A stretch of DNA of 25,209 nt from a virus. Position 1 is the first letter of the stretch, and every line of letters begins with the position of its first letter. Below are positions 8,942 through 16,326 of this stretch, in pieces. The translations under genes were made by a program, and so were the position numbers. Below the pieces are notes generated by a model. The model was not told where the DNA came from. It was given only the letters and a program-made list of their open reading frames with translations, and did no database searches. The stretch spans positions 1 through 25,209 of IMG/VR virus record IMGVR_UViG_2922727739_000003. One strand, written 5' to 3'.

Positions 8942-9916
8942 CTACGGTAATATGATAGATTCGTTTTTATTTATTTCAATATTTGAATTTGATATATCTC
9001 GTGGCAAAATATCCATTAAGTTTTGTTTTGAGATCTTCACACGTCTACTCATTATTCTAACAGCTTGGTGCCTGATCGCTTTTTCAATCACATTACGAAC
9101 ATAACGTGCATTACTAAAATTACTTCTTGAGTCTTTCTCAATCTGAATTATTTCTCTAAGCTTTATAAGTGCATCAGAGGTAATGTTATAGTCTTTTTCA
9201 TATGCCATCTTTACTGCAATTAACATTAGCTCATCTGTTGTGTAATCCTGAAAATCTATTTGTATTGGAAACCGTGATGGAAGACCTGTATTTGTTCTAA
9301 GGAACATCCCCATCTCATCTGGATAGCCTGCAAGGATAATTATTAAATCATCGCTTCTATCCTCCATGACTTTTACAAGACAGTCTATAGCTTCCTTTCC
9401 AAAATCTTTATCTCCTCCTCTAGCCAAACTGTAGGCTTCATCAATAAAAAGAATACCTCCCATAGCCTTCTTAACAAGATCTCGTGTTTTTTGCGCGGTG
9501 TGACCAATGTATTCCCCAACTAAGTCTGCTCGTTCCACTTCAATTAGATGACCTTTACTAAGGATACCCATTCTGTTTAGCAATTTAGAAGCTATTCTTG
9601 CCACTGTCGTCTTCCCTGTACCGGGATTCCCTTTGAATATCATATGGTATACCTGATTACTACTTTTAAGACCTTCTTCACTTCTAAGTTTTTGTACCTG
9701 TATCAATGCATAAATTTCGTACACAAGTTCTTTTACCTTTTCAAGTCCAATCATATCGTCTAAATCTTTAAATATGTCTGCTGCGGATTCGTAATGATTA
9801 CTGGTTAATGGAACTTCTTCGTTTTGCTCGGATATTGCTTCATAAGCCTCTTGACTTTTAAAGACAACATTAATTCTTGATTCATTAACAGTAATCCTTC
9901 TGGAGTTTTCATCCAC
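8942..9916 (-). CDS. spoVK: Phage-encoded full-length SpoVK homolog (CbxX/CfxQ AAA+ ATPase)
   Basis: MIGLEKVKE, HMIFKGNPGTGKTT (Walker A), ERADLVGEYIGHTA, ILFIDEAYSL (Walker B), FGKEAID, GLPSRFP, SNARYVRN; probable GTG start at 9916 after RBS GAGGTG. Confidence 0.93.
   Translation of the reverse strand: MDENSRRITVNESRINVVFKSQEAYEAISEQNEEVPLTSNHYESAADIFKDLDDMIGLEKVKELVYEIYALIQVQKLRSEEGLKSSNQVYHMIFKGNPGTGKTTVARIASKLLNRMGILSKGHLIEVERADLVGEYIGHTAQKTRDLVKKAMGGILFIDEAYSLARGGDKDFGKEAIDCLVKVMEDRSDDLIIILAGYPDEMGMFLRTNTGLPSRFPIQIDFQDYTTDELMLIAVKMAYEKDYNITSDALIKLREIIQIEKDSRSNFSNARYVRNVIEKAIRHQAVRIMSRRVKISKQNLMDILPRDISNSNIEINKNESIILP
9075..9118. repeat. 44-bp tract identical to host 1506-1549
   Basis: atcgctttttcaatcacattacgaacataacgtgcattactaaa in both spoVK copies; extends to 56/59 identity (1491-1549 vs 9060-9118). 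Confidence 0.95.
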
Positions 9917-9938
9917 AGTAATCACCTCTCGTTGTGAC

Positions 9939-9968
9939 AGTATATGCCTAATATGGTCTACAACATGC
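9939..9968 (-). promoter_or_regulatory. Putative mother-cell sigmaE (or sigmaK)-type promoter of phage spoVK
   Basis: - strand GCATGTT-N15-CATATACT, close to the B. subtilis sigmaE consensus (-35 .CATAtt, -10 CATAca.T), ending about 10 nt before the RBS. Confidence 0.6.
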
Positions 9969-10064
9969 TGATATGTTTCATCAAATATTTAATGCCATTA
10001 ACATAACACTTATTCACTAGGGGCTTCTGATATTCAACGGTAGCTTCTCTTATTTTATGTATCT

Positions 10065-10080
10065 GTAGGCCGAAGCCTAC
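10065..10080 (-). other. cUUCGg tetraloop hairpin at the parR stop codon
   Basis: - strand GTAGGC-TTCG-GCCTAC; no U-tract follows. Confidence 0.5.
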
Positions 10081-10358
10081 TCAATCCCAATGAAATCATC
10101 CAAGCTTTTATCAAGATCTGATTGTGAAAAAGAATCATCTTCTTCTGGCATGTTAGTATCTATGATATCTTCATCATCAATGACAACTTTACTCCCCAAT
10201 ATTTCAGGCTTTCTCCCCTTGTGTCCGAATAAGAACTGTCTTAGTGCTTCTCTTACAATGTCGCTCTCATCATAATATATAGGAAGTTTACTCAGTGCCT
10301 TTTTAAGATCATCGTCTTTTCCGTTTCTGAGTCGTGCGCTGATCAATTTCTTCCCCAT
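10077..10358 (-). CDS. parR: ParR-like ribbon-helix-helix adaptor
   Basis: N-terminal strand ISARLR, helices ...ESDIVREALRQFL, acidic C-terminal tail; overlaps the end of the actin-like gene. Confidence 0.7.
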   Translation of the reverse strand: MGKKLISARLRNGKDDDLKKALSKLPIYYDESDIVREALRQFLFGHKGRKPEILGSKVVIDDEDIIDTNMPEEDDSFSQSDLDKSLDDFIGIE

Positions 10359-11308
10359 GCTCTAACCCCAATTTTTTCATATCCTCTTATTTGTGAAAGT
10401 TGATCGAAAAGTATTTTATTCTTGAAGTTAAGTGTGTTGTAAATCTGATGTGCTGCACCTCCACCAATTAAATAATAATCAAAATCTATATTTAGCCCCT
10501 CAACCTCATTTTGAATTTGAATCGCTAATGATTTAAACGCTTTTGCTATTAATGATTTTATATTTCTCCCTTCGTATATACCGCTTATCACATACTTGTC
10601 CAGTTCATAAATAGCTGGAGTCTTGCCAATAGTATTCATCAGATACTTACGCAATATCTGATAAGCCTTTTCGACCCCCAGCAATAAGCTTGTTGACTCT
10701 TTCATGATTTCTAATTTATCTAATCCTAAAAGGTTTAAAGTGTAGAATCCTAAGTCAATCACCAATATTTTCTTATTTGCAATATGTACTTTTTGAATCT
10801 TCCCTTTATTATCTAGCAGGTAATCCATTGCTATGCCATATCCTTGTGGAACTAGTTTATATTTATTTATTGAGAGCTTAATCTCCGAATAGTTTCCTCT
10901 ACCTTTCTTGAGACTGTAAGTATCTTCTGTATTAATTCTATCCAACATCTTCTCCATATCACTTTTTTGGTTAAAGTAAAATAGTACAGGCAATCCAGTT
11001 ACCATATTAAATGGATTGTTTTTGTTTAAATATCCTAAGCCAGTCTTCAGTAAGACATCGGAAGTCATTGCCTCACTCTTATTATTTTTTAGTGTGAAAT
11101 ATTTAATTTCACTATGCCTTAGTGCAACATTCCCTACGAATAGTTCTTCATTATAGAAAAAATCATTTGGTTTAATGTTTTCTTCGAACATTGGTTGAAC
11201 ATCACCAGAGATTGATGGCTGAAGGTACATTATATTACCTGTCTTTCCCTTGGTGTAGCTAAATCCGAGATCAATCACACTTAAATTTTTCACTACAGTT
11301 AAAGCCAT
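10343..11308 (-). CDS. parM: ParM/StbA-family actin-like ATPase
   Basis: Phosphate-1 IDLGFSYTK, VTGLP, VPQG, phosphate-2 IDLGFYTL, adenosine IGGGA; ATG at 11308 after RBS GGAGGT. Confidence 0.88.
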   Translation of the reverse strand: MALTVVKNLSVIDLGFSYTKGKTGNIMYLQPSISGDVQPMFEENIKPNDFFYNEELFVGNVALRHSEIKYFTLKNNKSEAMTSDVLLKTGLGYLNKNNPFNMVTGLPVLFYFNQKSDMEKMLDRINTEDTYSLKKGRGNYSEIKLSINKYKLVPQGYGIAMDYLLDNKGKIQKVHIANKKILVIDLGFYTLNLLGLDKLEIMKESTSLLLGVEKAYQILRKYLMNTIGKTPAIYELDKYVISGIYEGRNIKSLIAKAFKSLAIQIQNEVEGLNIDFDYYLIGGGAAHQIYNTLNFKNKILFDQLSQIRGYEKIGVRAWGRN

Positions 11309-11320
11309 GATATTACCTCC

Positions 11321-11380
11321 AAATACAATGAGTATCAAAGTATGACAATAGCTCAACAGTGTCGTACAATGTAATACATT
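11321..11380. repeat. Candidate parC centromere: six degenerate ACAAT-like iterons at 10-11 bp spacing
   Basis: acaat 11325, tcaaa 11335, acaat 11345, acagt 11356, acaat 11366, acatt 11376, between the promoter and the parM RBS. Confidence 0.55.
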
Positions 11381-11390
11381 CTATAAGATG

Positions 11391-11430
11391 ATTATATCAC
11401 GGCTTTATTGTTTTGTATATATTTCATTAT
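11391..11430 (-). promoter_or_regulatory. Extended -10 promoter of parMR with upstream ATAATGAAA box
   Basis: - strand ATAATGAAA..TATACA-N17(ending TGA)-TATAAT; same layout at 20107-20150. Confidence 0.6.
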
Positions 11431-11479
11431 ATTTATTTGTATAAATTTCTGATCCTATAAGTGTAGTATTGAACAAAGA

Positions 11480-11497
11480 ATAAAATCAGGATTTTAC
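11480..11497. repeat. Dispersed dyad RTAAAA-N6-TTTTAY, copy 3
   Basis: ataaaa tcagga ttttac, intergenic. Confidence 0.7.
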
Positions 11498-11588
11498 GTA
11501 GAAATCAGCATCATAAAACCCTTATAAACATTAACTTTTTAAACTAGTCAATTCTGATTCATCGGACATATTACTATTTCAGATGCAT

Positions 11589-11681
11589 TTATCTCCCGCT
11601 TTTATAATTAATAAGTAATCCAGCAATCATTCCAATTATTAAAGACATCCCAAAATACATTAATGCTTCGAATATACTCAT
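11589..11681 (-). CDS. 30-aa single-TM membrane peptide
   Basis: Not in ORF track. RBS GGAG; MSIFEALMYFGMSLIIGMIAGLLINYKSGR*. Confidence 0.5.
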   Translation of the reverse strand: MSIFEALMYFGMSLIIGMIAGLLINYKSGR

Positions 11682-11693
11682 AATAACTCCAAA

Positions 11694-12107
11694 TCAGATA
11701 ATTTGTTCATTTGTAATCAATCTTTCAAACCAATTTGTATTCAAGTTAAACAACATTTCTTTTGTATTTACAAGTGATCTCCAAACAACATTTTGTTCAT
11801 CTTCACTAATTTCTTTTATTATGTAATAATCATAAAGTTCGTGCATCCATCCCCATGTGTTGTCCACGTACTTACCATCACGAGTTTGATTAATAAAGTG
11901 TACAATTACTATTATATTATCGTTTTTATCTATTGCTACACAAGAAAACACCTTTGAAGCTTTATCTTCTCTGACTTTCTGAACCGCATTCAAATGGCAT
12001 CTGTGCGTGTAATTTATCTCACCCAAAACGAACTGTTCTGGATCTATTTTTTTACAGTTCGCCTTAACATAGGTCGCTATTTTTCTTTTCACCCTATCTT
12101 TAATCAT
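11694..12107 (-). CDS. Hypothetical protein, possible papain/transglutaminase-like Cys-His-Asp enzyme
   Basis: RCHLNA...VHFIN...YVDNT pattern; RBS AAGGAG. Confidence 0.6.
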   Translation of the reverse strand: MIKDRVKRKIATYVKANCKKIDPEQFVLGEINYTHRCHLNAVQKVREDKASKVFSCVAIDKNDNIIVIVHFINQTRDGKYVDNTWGWMHELYDYYIIKEISEDEQNVVWRSLVNTKEMLFNLNTNWFERLITNEQII

Positions 12108-12138
12108 TCAATACTCCTTTCCTAATCAAATTCATGTT

Positions 12139-12597
12139 TTATGCCAATTGCTTATATGTATTTGATAGTTCTATAAACCACTCTTTATCGTTCATATCAA
12201 TAGCCATATCGATTAAAGTCATGATGCAATCCTTATCTAATGAAAGTTCTTCGTTTGTCACTGTAGCTACTAAAACTGTGTGTTTATTGTAACTATCTCT
12301 TGTTAAGACTTCTTCGATCTCATTTATGTATGCTGCAACATTTACTTCTCCGCCTAACTCTAATTCAATCATTCCCTCAATTTCTTTCAAAGTAAGTCTT
12401 CTCTTATAGATTTCCTCACTATATTTAAAAGATACAATCTTTCCACTAAAACTAATTTTTCTCGAATAAAAATCATATTTGCTTGCCAAAACGTCTACAT
12501 CAATTTCAATCTTAGGTTCACTAGTAAAATTGCCATAATGCTTTTTTAGAGACTTCCTCAAAATTTGAAAAATATCATCTTGATTTAAAAATTTCAT
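12139..12597 (-). CDS. IDEAL-domain protein
   Basis: C-terminal LIDMAIDMNDKEWFIELS fits the IDEAL domain pattern. Confidence 0.75.
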   Translation of the reverse strand: MKFLNQDDIFQILRKSLKKHYGNFTSEPKIEIDVDVLASKYDFYSRKISFSGKIVSFKYSEEIYKRRLTLKEIEGMIELELGGEVNVAAYINEIEEVLTRDSYNKHTVLVATVTNEELSLDKDCIMTLIDMAIDMNDKEWFIELSNTYKQLA

Positions 12598-12612
12598 ATG
12601 TATTATTGATCA

Positions 12613-12762
12613 TCAAAAATGATCATCCTCCGATTGATAATATTCTGTAGGACTGTTTATTTGCCATTGCCATAGTTTGCTTATGTATTTTGCATATTGT
12701 TCATCTGTAATTTGCTTTGAGTCTTTCTTGTTATTCATGATTTCCATATAGTCTTGGATCAA
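12613..12762 (-). CDS. Hypothetical protein (49 aa)
   Basis: Not in ORF track. RBS GAGGT, TTG start; fills an operon gap. Confidence 0.45.
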   Translation of the reverse strand: MIQDYMEIMNNKKDSKQITDEQYAKYISKLWQWQINSPTEYYQSEDDHF

Positions 12763-12784
12763 ATTATACCTCTATTCATGTCAA

Positions 12785-12925
12785 TTATTTAACATAAGTT
12801 ATTTTCAATATATAAGGGTGAACGTCTCTAATTTTCCACCCTTGTAACTCCATAAGTTTTTGGTGATTGATTCCTTCTTCTTCTGTTTCATATGTATAGA
12901 TTATCTCTTCACGTTCAATCTTCAT
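12785..12925 (-). CDS. Hypothetical protein (46 aa)
   Basis: Not in ORF track. RBS GAAGGG; MKIEREEIIYTYETEEEG... Confidence 0.5.
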   Translation of the reverse strand: MKIEREEIIYTYETEEEGINHQKLMELQGWKIRDVHPYILKITYVK

Positions 12926-12945
12926 TGTCGCATTCCCTTCTCATT

Positions 12946-12963
12946 GTAAAAGTCGCCTTTTAT
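12946..12963. repeat. Dispersed dyad RTAAAA-N6-TTTTAY, copy 4
   Basis: gtaaaa gtcgcc ttttat; contains the TAA stop of 12960-13181. Confidence 0.7.
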
Positions 12964-13181
12964 TTGTTAATCAATGTTAGATACTCTGTGACAAACCAAA
13001 ATAATACTCTAGCTTTCATCTTCCCATCCAATTTATCGATGGTAGTCCAGACTCTATCAACGTATACATTGGAAAACCCATCTTTGTCTTTGTAAGCACA
13101 TAATTTAAACTCATCAATATAATCGTTTCTCAACTGCGTCTCACTCTTAAAATTCTCAATGTCAAAAGCCATTTGTTTCAT
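12960..13181 (-). CDS. Hypothetical protein (73 aa)
   Basis: ORF with RBS GAGGAG, co-oriented with neighbours. Confidence 0.55.
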   Translation of the reverse strand: MKQMAFDIENFKSETQLRNDYIDEFKLCAYKDKDGFSNVYVDRVWTTIDKLDGKMKARVLFWFVTEYLTLINK

Positions 13182-13201
13182 CTCCTCGTAAGGTGCATCT
13201 T

Positions 13202-13372
13202 TTACTTACATAATGCTTCAATTGACTTCAATAGTTCTTGCTTATCAAGACCAACCAACCTGTCTCCCAACCTTATTTTCACTTCCGAAGAATTACTGTA
13301 AGATTCAAAATCAATTGTTTCTGTTGAATATGAGTTGTAATTGTCAGTTAGTAAATTAAGTGTTATTTTCAT
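13202..13372 (-). CDS. Hypothetical protein (56 aa)
   Basis: Not in ORF track. RBS GGAGGG; stop lies in a degenerate dyad (13188-13205). Confidence 0.6.
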   Translation of the reverse strand: MKITLNLLTDNYNSYSTETIDFESYSNSSEVKIRLGDRLVGLDKQELLKSIEALCK

Positions 13373-13389
13373 GTTTTCCCTCCATTGAT

Positions 13390-13611
13390 TTATTCGTCAT
13401 CGTCATCATATAAGGCTTCTACGGATGATTTTTGATACTCCTCGCTCTGAAGATGGAAAGGTTCAATCTTAGAAATATAGTCGTTTAAATGATATGTATT
13501 TTCTACAATCTGATCAATCTTGCCTTGTCTGTACGCCTGTCTGTAATAATTAAGTCTAATGCCTTCCATCTCATCAGAATAGAATAATTCCTCAAGTCTT
13601 CTCTTGTCCAT
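13390..13611 (-). CDS. Hypothetical protein (73 aa)
   Basis: ORF with RBS AAGGAG. Confidence 0.65.
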   Translation of the reverse strand: MDKRRLEELFYSDEMEGIRLNYYRQAYRQGKIDQIVENTYHLNDYISKIEPFHLQSEEYQKSSVEALYDDDDE

Positions 13612-13622
13612 ATAAACACTCC

Positions 13623-13784
13623 TTATCTTAGATTGTGGATAAACATTAAAAAGGTTCCGTCAATCAGTCCCAACACGAACCAACCAAGTTGATTCCACGT
13701 AAAGTTCCTTTTTATATTTTTGTAAACTCCCACATACACAATTTGTGCCATCATAAACAAAAATCCAATCCAAAATATAATCAC
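13623..13784 (-). CDS. Small two-TM membrane protein (53 aa)
   Basis: Not in ORF track. GTG start after GGAG; two hydrophobic segments. Confidence 0.5.
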   Translation of the reverse strand: MIIFWIGFLFMMAQIVYVGVYKNIKRNFTWNQLGWFVLGLIDGTFLMFIHNLR

Positions 13785-13805
13785 AATTCCATCTCCAGTT
13801 GTCTA

Positions 13806-14057
13806 TTATATTCTTTCAAAATTCCAATAGACTCTATTGGTTAGTTGATCGACAGCTACATTTATTTGATGATTATTTGTCGTAAAGAGACCATACGAAT
13901 TGCATACAACTGTGAATTTCACTAAAGGAATTTTTGTGTAACTAGCACCTCTGTCTATTAACACTTCGGTTAGTGTAGCGCCCACTTGAATTCTTTTGTA
14001 CTTAGGAAAAGCTTGTTTAATTAGTTTTTTAGTATATCTGTATAAATCTTTATCCAC
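13806..14057 (-). CDS. Hypothetical protein (83 aa)
   Basis: ORF with RBS AAGGAG upstream. Confidence 0.6.
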   Translation of the reverse strand: MDKDLYRYTKKLIKQAFPKYKRIQVGATLTEVLIDRGASYTKIPLVKFTVVCNSYGLFTTNNHQINVAVDQLTNRVYWNFERI

Positions 14058-14075
14058 AAAATAGCCGTCTCCTTC

Positions 14076-14093
14076 ATAAAATATGAGTTTTAC
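14076..14093. repeat. Dispersed dyad RTAAAA-N6-TTTTAY, copy 5
   Basis: ataaaa tatgag ttttac; contains the TAA stop of the ORF at 14090-14278. Confidence 0.7.
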
Positions 14094-14278
14094 TTCAATT
14101 TTCGATAGTCTAAATAATCTAAAATACTACCTAATAAACAAACCCCAGACAATCCAAACCAAAACCAAGGTGTTGTGGTCTTAGGATAAATCAGACCATA
14201 AATTGCAGCTACTAATCCACATACGGTCATTAGAGTAAATAAGTTAATAGTGAAGGTTAGAAGTTGTTTCCTGTTCAG
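14090..14278 (-). CDS. Small two-TM membrane protein (~62 aa; start uncertain, CTG at 14278 or ATG at 14230)
   Basis: Not in ORF track. Open frame NRKQLLTFTINLFTLMTVCGLVAAIYGLIYPKTTTPWFWFGLSGVCLLGSILDYLDYRKLK*. Confidence 0.5.
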   Translation of the reverse strand: MNRKQLLTFTINLFTLMTVCGLVAAIYGLIYPKTTTPWFWFGLSGVCLLGSILDYLDYRKLK

Positions 14279-14279
14279 A

Positions 14280-14936
14280 TTAACCCACTTCCCAATCAGT
14301 ATATATTGGCGTTAACCTCTTAATCGTTCTTTGAAAAGCTTGATGCACCGCCTGACGTGACACACCAAGTTCAACTCCAATTTCCGATATACTTTTCCCT
14401 TCGAAAAAGTACTTGTCAGCAACGATTCTCTCCTTCTTCGCCAACAATGTATCCATTTGTTCAACTAAATGCGTATTGAACATGTCATCCTCAACTGTCA
14501 GATAATCTAGGTGACTGTCGTTAGGAATAACTTCAGTAAGAAGCTTTTCTTCGTCTGCACCTTTTGATTTATGAAGAGTTTCATTGAAGCTAATGCTGGA
14601 GTACTTGCTTCTGCATTTCATGCTTTTATATCTAGAATGTGCCATAAATTCTTTCCATACCACTTTTCCAAGATATGAAGTAAATTTAATATTCTTGTTC
14701 GTGTCATATGTATTGTAAGCCTTCATTAGTGCTACCATTCCCATACCCAATAAATCATCAAATTCTTCTGGGACTCCTCGTTTAAACCAACGGTCGGCTA
14801 GGCTTTTAACAAAAGGAATATTATTATTTATAATCTTATCCCTAAGTTCTTTATTATTTGTTAGTTTTGCCTCTTTAATTGTCTCCTCATTGTTCAAGCT
14901 AGGATCTCTTTTATAATTTAGACTCTTGTTAATCAT
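14280..14936 (-). CDS. Phage sigma-70-family sigma factor, sporulation-like (SigE/K/F/G-type architecture)
   Basis: Region 2 NNIPFVKSLA...DDLLGMGMVALMKAYNTYD...KFTSY; ISFNETL; region 4 HTH SISEIGVELGVSRQAVHQ; probable ATG at 14936. Confidence 0.85.
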   Translation of the reverse strand: MINKSLNYKRDPSLNNEETIKEAKLTNNKELRDKIINNNIPFVKSLADRWFKRGVPEEFDDLLGMGMVALMKAYNTYDTNKNIKFTSYLGKVVWKEFMAHSRYKSMKCRSKYSSISFNETLHKSKGADEEKLLTEVIPNDSHLDYLTVEDDMFNTHLVEQMDTLLAKKERIVADKYFFEGKSISEIGVELGVSRQAVHQAFQRTIKRLTPIYTDWEVG

Positions 14937-15663
14937 GTATTTCGCCTCTACGCACACAATGTTCTATGTATGTTCCTTCTTCAGTAATTTCAAGCAGGTT
15001 CATTTGTAATCCGTAAGCACAGGCTCCATCGATTCCAATCTTATCACCTTTCAGATTAAACCAAATATCTTCCTTATCATGTAGATGAATACAAGGCGTA
15101 TGACCAAAAACAATCTTCTTCTCTAAGCCAGTCTTATTGTTAAAGAATATATCTCTAATCCAAATGTAGTCACTCTCAGGTTGATTTCGCCAGTCTTCAT
15201 AGAATGGATTGATCCCAGCGTGAACAAATATGTGACTTTCTGTTTCATGATACAAAGGCAGCGACTCTAAGAAATCAATGTGATGCTGATAATGCTTTCT
15301 AATGAACTCTTTTGCTTTTATGTATTGCTCCCATTCGAATCCTTCTTCAAAAAAACTAATCCCACAATAACTCTCTATAGTTTGAAATCCACCATTATTA
15401 AGCCATTGGGCATCCAATTCTTCAATATCATTATTTATTGCAGCCACAAACATATCGTCATGATTTCCCTTAAGAGCAATTACACTCCATTCATTATGAA
15501 GCTGCATTACTTGTTCAACCATCTGTCTACTCTTTTGTCCTCGATCAACATAATCTCCAAGTAGAAAAAGTTTATCCTGAGAAGGATTGTACTTTACCTT
15601 TTTCAATAATGAATTAAATTCGTCATTACATCCATGTGGGTCACTAATTACTAATGTTCGAAT
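14929..15663 (-). CDS. Calcineurin-like metallophosphoesterase (Ser/Thr protein phosphatase family); probable ATT start
   Basis: DPHG (upstream of the track's start), GDYVDRG, GNHD, FVHAG, FGHT, IDG motifs. Confidence 0.9.
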   Translation of the reverse strand: MRTLVISDPHGCNDEFNSLLKKVKYNPSQDKLFLLGDYVDRGQKSRQMVEQVMQLHNEWSVIALKGNHDDMFVAAINNDIEELDAQWLNNGGFQTIESYCGISFFEEGFEWEQYIKAKEFIRKHYQHHIDFLESLPLYHETESHIFVHAGINPFYEDWRNQPESDYIWIRDIFFNNKTGLEKKIVFGHTPCIHLHDKEDIWFNLKGDKIGIDGACAYGLQMNLLEITEEGTYIEHCVRRGEIHD

Positions 15664-15667
15664 AACT

Positions 15668-15892
15668 TCACACCTTCTTCCAATAGTTTTCTCTGATATC
15701 TTCTACTTCTTCTTTACTTAACTTGTACATCCAATTTTCATATTTTCGGATAAACTCTTCACAGCTATCTTTGGGAATCCACATATGAGCCATTTCATAC
15801 TGAAATAGTACCCCCAACATCCAATGCGTTTCACAATGATCTAAATGCTTAACTTCATCGGAACAATATTTGCACGTATTCATGTATTTCAC
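15668..15892 (-). CDS. Hypothetical protein with CxxC...HCxxH motif
   Basis: ORF with RBS AAAGGTG. Confidence 0.6.
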   Translation of the reverse strand: MKYMNTCKYCSDEVKHLDHCETHWMLGVLFQYEMAHMWIPKDSCEEFIRKYENWMYKLSKEEVEDIRENYWKKV

Positions 15893-15900
15893 CTTTCTTT

Positions 15901-15918
15901 ATAAAACAAGTGTTTTAC
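15901..15918. repeat. Dispersed dyad RTAAAA-N6-TTTTAY, copy 6
   Basis: ataaaa caagtg ttttac, directly before the RBS of the next gene. Confidence 0.7.
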
Positions 15919-15972
15919 AGAAATATGTATTAGCTAAATGTCTTTAAGGTTATTTTCCAATGTCATCATTGA

Positions 15973-16149
15973 TTATTCCCATCGATTTTTATGTTTTTTC
16001 TCTTCGATTACCTTCTGCATGCGTTCTAATTCCAAACTATTACAATGAACTAATTCACCATCTATGTACCACCACGATGATCTTTCTTTTAATCGTCTCC
16101 AGATATCTAAGAATTCTTCATCTCTCATTTTAGATCCAAATTCATTCAA
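15973..16149 (-). CDS. Hypothetical protein (58 aa)
   Basis: Not in ORF track. RBS AAAGGA, TTG start. Confidence 0.5.
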   Translation of the reverse strand: MNEFGSKMRDEEFLDIWRRLKERSSWWYIDGELVHCNSLELERMQKVIEEKKHKNRWE

Positions 16150-16326
16150 TATTTATATTCCTTTCTAAATAAAACAGGTAATTTACCAAGTTATTTTAGT
16201 ACAACTTTTTTATTGTTTTCTAATGCCCGATAATTAGCAATTACGTAATATTTAGATGCATAATATTTCGGTGTTTTATTTTTTTCAAGAAACGATACAC
16301 TATTTTTGGAAAGGAGGTGATACTAT

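Noticed and set aside
1506-9118. 44-bp direct repeat as attL/attR of a 7.6-kb element
   Set aside because: Host-like spoVK sequence continues to ~1807 and phage genes continue past 9118; serine integrases do not need long identical cores
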